From Candidatus Thorarchaeota archaeon (lineage in GTDB: Archaea; Asgardarchaeota; Thorarchaeia; Thorarchaeales; Thorarchaeaceae), in NCBI GenBank assembly GCA_029855935.1, contig JAGSHN010000018.1:76547-140546 (forward strand): a stretch of DNA of 64,000 bases, read 5' to 3'. The stretch's first letter is position 1. Each line of letters starts with the position of its first letter. The translations under genes were made by a program, and so were the position numbers. The notes beneath the pieces were generated by a model. That model ran no database searches. It was given only the letters and a program-made list of their open reading frames with translations, and was not told the DNA's origin. Shown one piece after another: positions 19,604 through 29,845 of this stretch.

Positions 19604-20545
19604 TCATAGGAACTGAATTACGATATCAATTATTATGATGATTGTGATAGCAATGAGATAGTACCTGCGGATTCTGTTGAATCTTGTGATCTCCTCGTCG
19701 ATTCCTCGAGAGATCTCGGATATCACTTCTATTGCATCGTGCATTCCCGACTCCGCATTCCTGTACAGATTGATTGCGTCTTCGAGGGTAAGATTTGGAT
19801 CACGAATCTCATCTCCTGGAGATGCAAGCACGATTGCTCTACACTGTTCTGCTTCTCTGTAGAGGTCCTCGGGTCGCATTCGGCTCCACTTCGTGGCTCC
19901 ATAGCGCGAGACTGCACTCATTGTCATTCCAAGGACACCAATGTAGAGAGAGGGAATGATGCATAGAAGTTCGAGGTAGTTGAGTCCCCAGGTGCCCGAC
20001 GCAAACAGAGCATTCGCCAAGTACGAATCAATTGCTGTTTCAGCATCAACGTAGTGCTGGAACAGATACAAGAGCACTGCCAACCCAATGACGAGTGCAT
20101 AGGGAGAGAATGAACCGGGATGCATAATTCGAAACATCGAGAGATTATACTCACGATAGCGAGACTCACTATTCTCGCTTGAGTGAAATACCACCGAGTT
20201 CGCCAGAAGAAAACTGGCATCCAGCCTCTCGGTGTTGAGCGAAATGGCATGCAGTGTGGCATCAGCAGCTTTCAGCACGCCTCTCAACATAAGGATGCTC
20301 GCTAGCAGGATTGCAGCTACACCAACACCAGTTGTCAGAACACCCATGCGGAGGAGAACACCTGTCCCTCCATTCATCGCCAACTCAACTGCTAACAGGA
20401 ATAGAAGTTCGGTGATGACAATAGAGTATGCAGCATCTTGCATCTTGCCTGAAACCCTGCCAAGCTTCTCCGGGTGTTCAATAGACTCAAGTGTGACACG
20501 AAACCGGCCCATTGCAGTATCAAGCTTGTCTTCTTCTCTGGACAT
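19604..20545 (-). CDS. Multi-TM membrane protein, putative immunity partner of toxin-like copy T2
   Basis: About five hydrophobic segments; starts 36 nt after T2 stop; lower GC. Confidence 0.6.
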   Translation of the reverse strand: MSREEDKLDTAMGRFRVTLESIEHPEKLGRVSGKMQDAAYSIVITELLFLLAVELAMNGGTGVLLRMGVLTTGVGVAAILLASILMLRGVLKAADATLHAISLNTERLDASFLLANSVVFHSSENSESRYREYNLSMFRIMHPGSFSPYALVIGLAVLLYLFQHYVDAETAIDSYLANALFASGTWGLNYLELLCIIPSLYIGVLGMTMSAVSRYGATKWSRMRPEDLYREAEQCRAIVLASPGDEIRDPNLTLEDAINLYRNAESGMHDAIEVISEISRGIDEEITRFNRIRRYYLIAITIIIIIDIVIQFL

Positions 20546-20581
20546 TTGCTTCTCACTCGACCATCTCTGGTTCGACCCCTA

Positions 20582-21628
20582 TCACATGAGTTGAACTATC
20601 GCATCGATCATGGCTATTATGCCAATTGCTGCTGCTGAGCAAGCGGCGAGACGGACCCAAATGTCAGGCGTATCCGATAGAGCCAGGGCTGCCGCACTTC
20701 CACCCAGCAGGTACTGGATTGCAGAAATAAAAGAGGGAATCTTGAATGGGGAGGCAGCTGACACAACATAACCGATGACAGAACCTATCACTGCATTGAA
20801 CGTCTTTCCAACCATTGAGTTGATTGCCATTAGTACTGTTCCAACACTAGCACGAAGAAATTCGAGAATCTCCTGAAAGGCATAGCCAATCACAGCTCCA
20901 ACCCCAAATGTGAGGATAGCACCGAGAATACTCAATAGGAGACTTCTAGAATGCCATTTTACGTAATATGCTCCGACAAAGAATAGGCCTGTCAGAACAG
21001 CAATTGCAGGAATTCTGACAGAGGCCCAATCTTGCTGGATTGACAATACGATGGGCGCTGTCTCTCCCAACGCAATGGACTGGTATCTCTCAACGATGGC
21101 ACCAACAAGACCCAGATCGGAGGTGAGAATACTCGCTACTGCGATACCACCTATTCCCGCTTCAATGGTTCCACCAATGGACAATACGTCCCTTCCTGCA
21201 TAGTCGCAAATTGCCTCCGAGTGGCAGGCCAGAACTATGTCTTTGCCAGGCGTTGTCTTTGTCCAGACACTAAACCTCTTCCAACTGACAGTCTCCCTGT
21301 TAACCAGAATCCCGGTCTCTGAGCCGTGAGAGAGCCACACGACTCTTCCACACAGTCCGGGAGATTGTCAAAACGTATTCCAAAGAACCGTACTCCACCA
21401 CTCGCACATCTGGTACGTTCTCAGTGATGGTCCGCACTGCTGTGTTCATCGCATGGTCATAGTCCATCACGACAATATCCGTCATCAAACGAAACAACGT
21501 AGAATCCATGTTTTTCATTCTCACAGCGGGCCTCACAGCAGAATGAAAAACAGTGCTGAAAGCCAAAGAGAGAGTAGGAGAATCAATACCAGAAGACTTG
21601 GGTGCCAGCGTTGCGTACAGCACGGCAT
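20582..21628 (-). pseudogene. T2: caspase/CHAT-like protease + hydrophobic C-terminus, frameshifted
   Basis: Pieces in three frames: leader (21628-~21560), TDIVVM...EYGSL (to ~21350), VVWLSHGSETG...DIVLACHS to stop; one extra base near 21349 versus paralogues. Confidence 0.8.
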
Positions 21629-22252
21629 ACCAAGCTGTCGCTCAAGATCTGCAAGAGCATACTGTGAAGGATCTCTGTTGGCAGAGGTTTCAGCTACTGT
21701 CTCCGCTGAGCTATGCCTGATTCGATTCATAACGTGGGCGAGCCACCAATCGTAGAAGACTATGAGAGCCGAACAACCAATACCTATGAACCCCACAAGA
21801 AGGAAGACTGTAGCAGTCTCAGTATTGCTCTGACTGAGACTGGCCACCAGCGTTGTGACCAGGGTGACAATCAGTGAAGTGATCACTCTTGGAACACCGA
21901 CCCGGGCTCTCTCACCAGGGAGGAGAGCAATTCTCTTGATGCGGTCATCCCAGTCCGGCCCGTTCTTCTCCGTCTGAGCAACGATTGCAATGGCAACTGA
22001 CACCCAGGTAGTCATCCTCGCAGATACTGCCATCCATAGCAAGAGTGCGATGGTCAAGACCATGCCCAGACAGATGGTTGCAGCCCCCAGTAGGGCGGAC
22101 AACAGTCCGGACTCAGTCGAGGGTGGTCCAACAACAACAAGACCGAGAATGAATATGCTGTACAGAATGGTCAGGTGAACACACGTCTCAAGGTAGTAGT
22201 CAATAGATGACGGGAGTTCCAGTTGGATTGGTCCGGTACTGAAACGACTCAT
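21533..22252 (-). CDS. Four-TM membrane protein, putative immunity partner of T1 (C-terminus reads into T2 leader)
   Basis: Starts 28 nt after T1 stop; last 31 aa are the hydrophobic leader homologous to 39300-39380. Confidence 0.6.
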   Translation of the reverse strand: MSRFSTGPIQLELPSSIDYYLETCVHLTILYSIFILGLVVVGPPSTESGLLSALLGAATICLGMVLTIALLLWMAVSARMTTWVSVAIAIVAQTEKNGPDWDDRIKRIALLPGERARVGVPRVITSLIVTLVTTLVASLSQSNTETATVFLLVGFIGIGCSALIVFYDWWLAHVMNRIRHSSAETVAETSANRDPSQYALADLERQLGMPCCTQRWHPSLLVLILLLSLWLSALFFILL

Positions 22253-22280
22253 TGCATCTCACACAGCTTATCATTGCACT

Positions 22281-23258
22281 CTATACGAGAAAAGTGTAGA
22301 TTGTCACAATAATGAAGTCAACTATTGAGACTGTCAGTATTGCTGCCGATGCTGCAAACGCTGCCCTGATCCACGGTTGAGCTATGGAAACAGTACAGCC
22401 AAAGAGAGATGCCACTCGTCCTGCTAGAAGTCCGAACAGGTATGCGGCGCCCGGCAACGCTCCTCCAATCACTCTCTGTATTGCAAGACCAACCAGAACA
22501 TTCACAATTGGTGAGACAACTGCAAGAAATGCTGCAGCTGAGGGGAAAAAGCACTGGAGCAGATAGAATCCTATGCCTCCCAGAAGAGTTAGAATGCCTG
22601 AGATGACCGTAACTAAGAGAGGAGGATATGCATAGCTTGCTACCGCCTCTGGAACTTCCTTTTCTGCAGCTCCAAAATACCACCAAGTGAGTAGGGCCAC
22701 CAAACCCGCCTTGACCGCAATCCACCATGGGGGCACGACACCTAGAAATTCTGGCACAACAGACCCCAGAACAAGACTGGTAGTTCTTTCCCATACAGCA
22801 CGAACAATATATCCAGTGGGACTGAGAAGATAGGCGACAAACAGTCCTCCAAGGGTCGCATCAATAGTACCACCGATACCTATGGCCTGTGAGGAAGAGA
22901 CATACTCATTGACTCTGTCAGACTCACAGGCAAGAACGATATCCCTACCGGGAGTCAGTGTTGTCAGACGACTGAACCTCTTCCACGTCATCATCCCGCT
23001 TCGGAGAAGAATCCCCTCCTCAGAGCCATGGGACACCCACACGACTCTTCCAAACGCTCGATGGATTGTCAATGCATAATCCAGCGAGCCGTACTCCACC
23101 ACCTGGACAGCAGGTGCATTCTCGGTGATAGTCCGGACCGCTGTGTTCACCGCACTGTCGCGATGCATCACCACAACAACATCAGCCATCACTGGTGCCG
23201 AGAGAGGCATGACCCACAGCGGGGACACCATCACGACCATCACAAGAATAATTCTCAA
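22281..23258 (-). CDS. T1: leader + caspase/CHAT-like protease (His77/Cys111) + 153-aa hydrophobic C-terminal domain
   Basis: VVWVSHGS and DIVLACES motifs; paralogous to 41623-42753 and 20582-21628. Confidence 0.8.
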   Translation of the reverse strand: MRIILVMVVMVSPLWVMPLSAPVMADVVVVMHRDSAVNTAVRTITENAPAVQVVEYGSLDYALTIHRAFGRVVWVSHGSEEGILLRSGMMTWKRFSRLTTLTPGRDIVLACESDRVNEYVSSSQAIGIGGTIDATLGGLFVAYLLSPTGYIVRAVWERTTSLVLGSVVPEFLGVVPPWWIAVKAGLVALLTWWYFGAAEKEVPEAVASYAYPPLLVTVISGILTLLGGIGFYLLQCFFPSAAAFLAVVSPIVNVLVGLAIQRVIGGALPGAAYLFGLLAGRVASLFGCTVSIAQPWIRAAFAASAAILTVSIVDFIIVTIYTFLV

Positions 23259-23777
23259 CAGAGTACGGTCACGACGACCGACCGACCTGGATTAGCCCGT
23301 GGGCTCACTCCGCTACCCACCAATCTCTCTCTCCCTCGTACATAGTGACTTGTTGAGTCTTCCAGTTGGGCAGATGGATATATGCTTTGTGGGCGGTCTT
23401 CAAGACCGAAAACATCTCCACGGGGACACTGCAACACGGGCTGAGATGATTGCGACCATCTGGCATAGACTGTCATCTTCAGTCCCTCCGGAGTGAATGT
23501 TGACTACTCCAGACGCCAGACTGGACCCAGTGGAGTGACCCTCGCACGGGGCCGAATACCCCACCAATGGGAATTCGGCGGGGTCCAGAAACTATCAGTA
23601 TCGGGAAATATTCGCAGCAATCCAGACTTGCCTCTCTGGGGGTGAATACTTGTGGAGAATGAGCACAGACAGAAGACTTTATCACAGAAGAGAGTCGCCG
23701 CTCTGTGATTTCCGTGTGAACAGTTGATGGCGGCGTGGTGACAAAAACACACGAGGAGTACTGAGATGCCAAATCCT
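23008..23777. repeat. Long direct repeat, copy A (5' end of T1, promoter region, XPB start)
   Basis: Near-identical to 42515-43193 over 23008-23340 and 23630-23777, more diverged between. Confidence 0.9.
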
Positions 23778-25475
23778 GCGAATCCCCTCATAGTGCAGTC
23801 GGACAAGTCGGTCCTGCTTGAAGTGGACAACCCGCTCTACGAGGAGGCCAGAGACGCCCTCGCGAGATTTGCAGAGCTGGTCAAGAGTCCAGAGTACGTT
23901 CACACCTACAGAATAACACCACTCAGTCTGTGGAACGCCGCTGCCATCGGGATGACGCCAGACGAGGTCATAGAAACGCTCGAGCGGTACGCAAAGTACC
24001 CAATCCCTGGAAACATAGTCCGAGAGATCATCGACTATATGAGCAGGTACGGGCAGATCAGCCTCTACAAGGAGGGCGATATGCTCATCCTCGAGTGTGA
24101 GAGCGAGGACCTCTGCGAGGAGATCTGGGCCCACAAGCAGGTACGGGAACACCTGCTGGAGCGACTCGATGCAACGCGAATCCTTGTCGACCCCGCCAAG
24201 CGTGGCTTCGTCAAACACGCTCTCATCGAGATAGGCCATCCCGTCGAGGATGTCGCAGGATACATCGAGGGCGAGCCCCTTCCGTTCGAGCTACGGGAGA
24301 TCACTCTCTCAGGCAAGCCCTTCAGATTCAGGGAATACCAAAGGGATGCGATAGAGGCGTTCTATGCAGGCGGCGGGGAGCGCGGCGGCTCTGGAGTCAT
24401 CGTCCTTCCCTGTGGCGCCGGCAAGACGATTGTCGGCATCGGGGTGATGCATAAGCTTCAGACATCCACTCTTATTCTGTGTCCGAACGTGGTGGCTGTC
24501 AGACAGTGGATGGCAGAGCTGCTGGACAAGACCACGCTGACGGAGGACCAGATTGGCGAGTACTCAGGCGACACAAAGGACATCCGCCCTGTGACCGCAG
24601 CCACCTATCAGATACTCACCTGGAGAAAGTCGAAGACTGGCGACTTTGAGCACTTCAAGATCTTCGGAGAACGTAATTGGGGACTGATCATATACGACGA
24701 GGTGCACCTACTGCCCGCACCGGTGTTCAGGGTCACGGCTCAGATACAGGCCACCCGCAGACTCGGCCTCACCGCCACACTCGTGCGAGAGGACGGTCGT
24801 GAGGAGGAGGTCTTCAGCCTCATCGGGCCAAAGAGATACGATGTCCCGTGGAAACAGCTTGAGGAGCAGGGCTGGATTGCCACGGCCATCTGCTACGAGA
24901 TAAGAGTGGACCTGCCGGACAGCCTCAGAAGGAAGTACGCCTTGGCAGAGGACAGGAAGAAGTATAGAATTGCCGCTGAGAACCCGGTGAAGCTTGACAT
25001 CCTCAGGAAGATCGTGGAGTACCATCGTGACGACAATATCCTCATCATCGGGATGTATCTCGACCAGTTGAAACAGATAGCAGACATGCTGGGCGCACCT
25101 CTCATCACTGGCAAGACGAGCAATGCGGAGAGAGAGGCACTCTATGGGGCCTTCAAGAGGGGCGAGATCAAGGTCCTCGTCGTATCAAAGGTGGCCAACT
25201 TCGCTCTCGACCTGCCAGATGCCAATGTGGCCATCCAAGTGTCAGGCACCTTCGGGTCGAGACAGGAGGAGGCACAGAGGCTTGGCCGGATTCTCAGGCC
25301 CAAGTCGGATGGCAGCTTCGCAAGGTTCTACTCCATCATCACAAAGGACACACGCGATATGGACTTTGCAGCCAAGAGGCAGCTGTTCCTCACGGAGCAG
25401 GGATATCAGTATGTGATCGCATCGGGTGACGAGGAGATCTGGAAGACGCCACCAGAGACCTTCTTCAGGGCCTAG
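23766..25475 (+). CDS. xpb: XPB/Rad25 SF2 helicase with N-terminal XPB/Ssl2 domain
   Basis: LPCGAGKT, DEVH, GLTATLVRED, QEEAQRLGRILR. Confidence 0.95.
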   Translation: MPNPANPLIVQSDKSVLLEVDNPLYEEARDALARFAELVKSPEYVHTYRITPLSLWNAAAIGMTPDEVIETLERYAKYPIPGNIVREIIDYMSRYGQISLYKEGDMLILECESEDLCEEIWAHKQVREHLLERLDATRILVDPAKRGFVKHALIEIGHPVEDVAGYIEGEPLPFELREITLSGKPFRFREYQRDAIEAFYAGGGERGGSGVIVLPCGAGKTIVGIGVMHKLQTSTLILCPNVVAVRQWMAELLDKTTLTEDQIGEYSGDTKDIRPVTAATYQILTWRKSKTGDFEHFKIFGERNWGLIIYDEVHLLPAPVFRVTAQIQATRRLGLTATLVREDGREEEVFSLIGPKRYDVPWKQLEEQGWIATAICYEIRVDLPDSLRRKYALAEDRKKYRIAAENPVKLDILRKIVEYHRDDNILIIGMYLDQLKQIADMLGAPLITGKTSNAEREALYGAFKRGEIKVLVVSKVANFALDLPDANVAIQVSGTFGSRQEEAQRLGRILRPKSDGSFARFYSIITKDTRDMDFAAKRQLFLTEQGYQYVIASGDEEIWKTPPETFFRA

Positions 25476-26302
25476 TCAGGCTCAGAGCCAGAGGTCTCGA
25501 ACCGCGAGAGGCTCTTTGCGGTCTCTCGAAGGTCGTCGATGGACAGGGCGTAGATGCCCTCTGACCGCACGTCAAAGGTCACCCAGACGGGGATGTGACG
25601 CGCGCCCTTCATCTTGGTTATGCGGAACTGCTTGACAAGAGCGCCAGCCTTTGCAAAGGCCGGCTCGTGACGCGTGTCAATCAGGACATCACTCGTATAG
25701 CTGATGACGTCGTCGTAGGCGGCAAACTGCTGAAGGCCTGTGTGATAGACTGCCCAGAAGGGGATGTTGAGGTCCTTGCAGAAGGTGGCACGCCAGGCCT
25801 TTGCTGCATTGACTGCCTTGAAGGGATGGCTCTGAACAAAGAACTCGGTCAGACTGTCAAGGTAGATACCAGCTATCGAGTCGGCCCCCATTCTGTCTAT
25901 CAGAGAGTTGATTGTGTCAGTAATGGTGTCAGTGTTGCTGGGATCACGTACGACGTGGGTGTGCTCAAGGGCAGGTGTCCTGCGCAGGATGAGGCTGGAG
26001 AAGCAGTCCACCAGCTCAATCAGGTCATTCTCAAGCGCCTTCTCGTGCTGCCATCCAAGGGAAACTAGATTCTGAAGTATAGAGATCGGAGAGTCCTCAA
26101 AGCATACGTAGATGACCTTGTGACCAGCCTCTGTGGCACGCCGCACCATCTCATTCATTATCACGGACTTCCCACCGCCGCCCGGACCACGAATCACTCC
26201 GAAGGCGTTTCGCGGAAAACCGTCCGGGGCCTGGTCGTCCAGCACTGGCACACCAGTGTGATAGAGGATCTTCCCCTTTGCCAGCTTATCGCTCAGGCTC
26301 AT
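25472..26302 (-). CDS. KaiC/RAD55-family RecA-fold ATPase
   Basis: TGVPVLD, GPGGGGKS, YLDSL, ITKMKG. Confidence 0.85.
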   Translation of the reverse strand: MSLSDKLAKGKILYHTGVPVLDDQAPDGFPRNAFGVIRGPGGGGKSVIMNEMVRRATEAGHKVIYVCFEDSPISILQNLVSLGWQHEKALENDLIELVDCFSSLILRRTPALEHTHVVRDPSNTDTITDTINSLIDRMGADSIAGIYLDSLTEFFVQSHPFKAVNAAKAWRATFCKDLNIPFWAVYHTGLQQFAAYDDVISYTSDVLIDTRHEPAFAKAGALVKQFRITKMKGARHIPVWVTFDVRSEGIYALSIDDLRETAKSLSRFETSGSEPD

Positions 26303-26374
26303 CAGGCCATTCCCGCGCAATGTCTGGCAGAGCTGATATTTACAATTTCCCAGTGGTCCCGGAGCGCGGTAGGT

Positions 26375-27340
26375 CTATGAGCCGGCATCCAGCTCCAGAG
26401 CAAGAAGACCCATCTTCTGGCGGACGTACGCCCCAATCCGCTGTCTCACGTCACCCGTTGCCAGATGCTCCGTCACGCGGCCACGGTCTATGTCAACTAT
26501 TCTCTGCACGCTCCACGTGATGCAGGACAACAGTGCAAGAACGGTATGACCAGACTCGGGACGCAACTCGGGACTGTCAAAGAGATGCCGGATCATCTCC
26601 GTAGGCCCCTCATGCTCATGCTGCACCGAGAGATAGGCAATGTCAAGCCTCGGGTCAGCGAAACATAGTGCCTCGGGGTCTAGGAGCCATACCCTCCCCT
26701 CTGTGAAGACTATGTTAGACTCGGAGAGGTCTCCGTGGATGAGGGCCTGTGACCAGTGCATGCTCAGACAGACGTCGCGTATCCGGTCTATGGTGTCTGA
26801 ATAGGAAACGGCCGGAACCAGCTCTGAGAACAATTCAGGCCCATCGCACTGCTCAAGAGTACCGATGAGATGCACAAGATAGTCGATGGAGGATCGAAAC
26901 ACGGGGGCATCACCCACTCGCGAGTCCCACAGTCGGGCCAACGCATCACGTAGGAACACAAGCCGATCAGGGGGCATCGCGCTGGGGGATGAGTAGACCT
27001 CGCCGTCGACGTACTCGAGCAGGAGGTATGGAATCGTCAGCTCACCGAGGCAACCGACCTCAATGGGCGACGGCATCAGGTCGCGCGAGGCCAAGGCCCG
27101 GTACCGGGCTGCAAGCATCTCGTAATGTGCCACGGTCACGTCACGAACCGCAGGGACCTTGAGGACCAGTCGCTGACCAGCGCCAGTCTCCAGCAGGACG
27201 TTGACGTTCGACCACCCACCCAGCACACCGACAATCGCCGGAACACTGGTCAATGCTGCACTCTCAGGGACAACGGCACCAATGAGGTCACGTAGTGGCC
27301 AGCCGTGGACGACGGTCCCGTGAGGGAGCATAATCAACAC
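26375..27340 (-). CDS. Aminoglycoside phosphotransferase/choline kinase-like protein
   Basis: GGWSNVN, VLK, IHGDLSESNI, LDPE, DPRLDIA. Confidence 0.85.
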   Translation of the reverse strand: MLIMLPHGTVVHGWPLRDLIGAVVPESAALTSVPAIVGVLGGWSNVNVLLETGAGQRLVLKVPAVRDVTVAHYEMLAARYRALASRDLMPSPIEVGCLGELTIPYLLLEYVDGEVYSSPSAMPPDRLVFLRDALARLWDSRVGDAPVFRSSIDYLVHLIGTLEQCDGPELFSELVPAVSYSDTIDRIRDVCLSMHWSQALIHGDLSESNIVFTEGRVWLLDPEALCFADPRLDIAYLSVQHEHEGPTEMIRHLFDSPELRPESGHTVLALLSCITWSVQRIVDIDRGRVTEHLATGDVRQRIGAYVRQKMGLLALELDAGS

Positions 27341-27442
27341 AGTGGTCGACTGACTGATATACGGATTGGTATGGCGCCAAGAGGCGCCTCGGAAGTGCGG
27401 CCTGCATCAAGTACATATAGTTGAGGGCAAGAACCCGTCCCG

Positions 27443-27730
27443 ATGAACGGTCAGCATGTGCTACTAATCCTTGCTCATCTCTTCAGGGCTCGCGGGGCTG
27501 TCGTGACCATCGACGATGCTGTAGAGTATCTATCCTTTCGCTGCCGGTATGGCCCGCCCACCGAGATAAGGAAGATGTTGGCCGTGGCCGAACAGAGAGG
27601 GATGATTGAGAGGGAGGAGGATCAAATACACGCGGGCTTTCTCTTTGATAGACAGTCGCTCTCACCGAACATGACACACCTGCTTAACAATGCCGTCAGA
27701 GTCCGGGACAACGTGGAACCGATGCAATGA
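27443..27730 (+). CDS. DUF2240-like winged-helix protein
   Basis: LF..RG...DAVEYLSF...PTEIRKML..A...GMI pattern typical of archaeal DUF2240 (recalled). Confidence 0.6.
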   Translation: MNGQHVLLILAHLFRARGAVVTIDDAVEYLSFRCRYGPPTEIRKMLAVAEQRGMIEREEDQIHAGFLFDRQSLSPNMTHLLNNAVRVRDNVEPMQ

Positions 27731-27783
27731 GAACTCCTGAGAAGGTCAAGACATCGGTTGCCACGGGCTGATAGGCACTACGG

Positions 27784-28923
27784 TCAGGACGTACTGTCCT
27801 GATCAGTCGCCGCCTCGCTTGTCACGTGCCATATTGACGCCATCACCGCGGTGACGTGTATGAACGGGTTCTTGGCCTGGGTTATTCGAGTGTCTATCTC
27901 CGCTATGCGTCTGATGATCTTGTCCCTGACCTCGGGGTCGAGTGGCCGGTACATGATGTCCCTCAGAATGCCCTGCATCACGGCGTGAGGCTCGTACCTT
28001 TCAATGGCCAGCAGCTTGCGGACCCGGTCCCGAGACTCCTTGAACGAACCCTCGATGACAAGCGACACTGCCTCGTGTATTGCTCTCTGAAGCGGATGCT
28101 CGGAGACCTCGTAGACGTGGTCCTCTGTGATGGCGCCGCTCGAGGCGGCGACGTGGGCCATCTGAAGTATGTCGATTGCCCGACGGAGGTCACCTGCACT
28201 CTCCCGGGCAATCACCTCAAGGACACTATCATCCACCGACACGTTCTCGCGTTCCGCGATGACGCGAAGGCATTTCACAATGTCCTCCTGTGACGCACTT
28301 GGAAAGTGAATGATCAAGCAGCGGGACAGTATGGCCGGAATCCAGTTGCTGAGGGACGGCGTTATGAGGATGAATCTGCAGTCCTCACCGTAGATCTCCA
28401 TCGTCCTCCTGAGTGCCTGCTGCATGTTGTTGTCCATCGCATCAGCCTCATCGAGCACGAGTATCTTGACTGTCTCCGTCGCCACCGTCAATGTCGAGGC
28501 AAAGAGGCGGATGGCGGTGTGCAGCAGGTCGCTCCGATTGGGGTCGCCAGACTTTCCACGCGTCCGGAGTGTCATCTTGGCCTCTCTGTAGACAAAGGAC
28601 ATATACTCATCAAGAGGCGTGCGCTCCTCCCTGTCCAGTTTGGCAAGATCGGCCACAGAACGCTTGGCCTTTGAGACGGGATAGTAGCGCAGGTCACGGA
28701 CATTCAGCCACAGGTAGTTCGATTCAAAGTCTGGCCCGAGCAGCGACCGCGCAAATACCTCCGCTGCAGCAGTCTTGCCTGTGCCAGAGGGACCCACGAA
28801 CATCAAGTGAGGGCACGTCCCAGACTCGGCCATCTGTCTCAGCTGCTGGATGGCCATGTCTTGACCGACAAAGTCCTCCCATTTGCGTGGCCGGTACTTG
28901 ATGCTCCACAGTGGCGACTCCAT
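27784..28923 (-). CDS. rfcS: Replication factor C small subunit paralogue with insertion
   Basis: WSIKYRP, GPSGTGKT, LDEAD, ALRRTME, SRC, GDLRRAI. Confidence 0.88.
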   Translation of the reverse strand: MESPLWSIKYRPRKWEDFVGQDMAIQQLRQMAESGTCPHLMFVGPSGTGKTAAAEVFARSLLGPDFESNYLWLNVRDLRYYPVSKAKRSVADLAKLDREERTPLDEYMSFVYREAKMTLRTRGKSGDPNRSDLLHTAIRLFASTLTVATETVKILVLDEADAMDNNMQQALRRTMEIYGEDCRFILITPSLSNWIPAILSRCLIIHFPSASQEDIVKCLRVIAERENVSVDDSVLEVIARESAGDLRRAIDILQMAHVAASSGAITEDHVYEVSEHPLQRAIHEAVSLVIEGSFKESRDRVRKLLAIERYEPHAVMQGILRDIMYRPLDPEVRDKIIRRIAEIDTRITQAKNPFIHVTAVMASIWHVTSEAATDQDSTS

Positions 28924-29176
28924 AGGGCAATCCCTGCACTCCTGTCGCTGTACAGCGCTTATTGCTTTTTGCCAAGACCTGTCAGTAGGCCGAGGGCCTA
29001 CCTCAGCCCAGACTCACATCTCAACAGCGCGCCCGGTCTCGCTTCCTACGGTACTATGACAGCATATATACACCGCTTGACACGGTGTGACCGAAGGCAG
29101 ATGAGCGTCCTGCTGCCAATCCGCCTCTGTGATTGCGCAGGGACCGAATAGCCAGCCGGGTCGAGAACCAGCCAAC

Positions 29177-29779
29177 GTGGTGGAGGACAATCCGTTGAGT
29201 CTCACGGAGGAGCAGGTGACACAGATAGAGAAGTTCGCGTTGAACAAGTACGACGAACTCGACACGACACACGGACGCAGACATGCCGAGAGGACTGTCC
29301 GCCTAGCAGAGCATATCGCGGCCCACGAGGGTGCAAACGTGATGGTGTGCCGCCTCGGAGCGCTGCTCCATCAGTATCATCCCGAAGGCGCTCCCGCTGT
29401 CGATCGGTTTCTTCGGAGCATAGATGTGCCAGACGAGTTGCGAACCGCTATCACCCACTGTGTGGAATGCGTGGAGTTCGAGACGATAGGACGTGCCACT
29501 ACTCTTGAGGCGCGGGTAGTCTTTGATGCGGACAAACTTCAGACGATAGGTCCCTTTGGTGTAGTGCGGGAAGTTGCATATCGAGTCTGTGCCGTGGGAA
29601 GAGATCTTCAGACAGCGATAGATCAGGCACGTGAGCTTGACAGGAGAAGTCGTGATCACCTACAGACACGTACAGCACATGAACTGGCCGAGAGAACTCG
29701 CGCTGATACAGAACGAATGTTCGAGCAGATTGTTCAGTGGTGTGACCTGAGCCTGCTGAACGATGTTGATGTGTTATGA
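29177..29779 (+). CDS. HD-domain phosphohydrolase-like protein (HQ variant)
   Basis: THGRRHAERT, ALLHQ, VFDADKLQTIG; start approximate. Confidence 0.75.
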   Translation: MVEDNPLSLTEEQVTQIEKFALNKYDELDTTHGRRHAERTVRLAEHIAAHEGANVMVCRLGALLHQYHPEGAPAVDRFLRSIDVPDELRTAITHCVECVEFETIGRATTLEARVVFDADKLQTIGPFGVVREVAYRVCAVGRDLQTAIDQARELDRRSRDHLQTRTAHELAERTRADTERMFEQIVQWCDLSLLNDVDVL

Positions 29780-29845
29780 CCGTAACGGTCTTAAAGCGAA
29801 TATCTGAAGCGGCGTGTTCAAATCGATGCCAGGGGCCACGATGTC

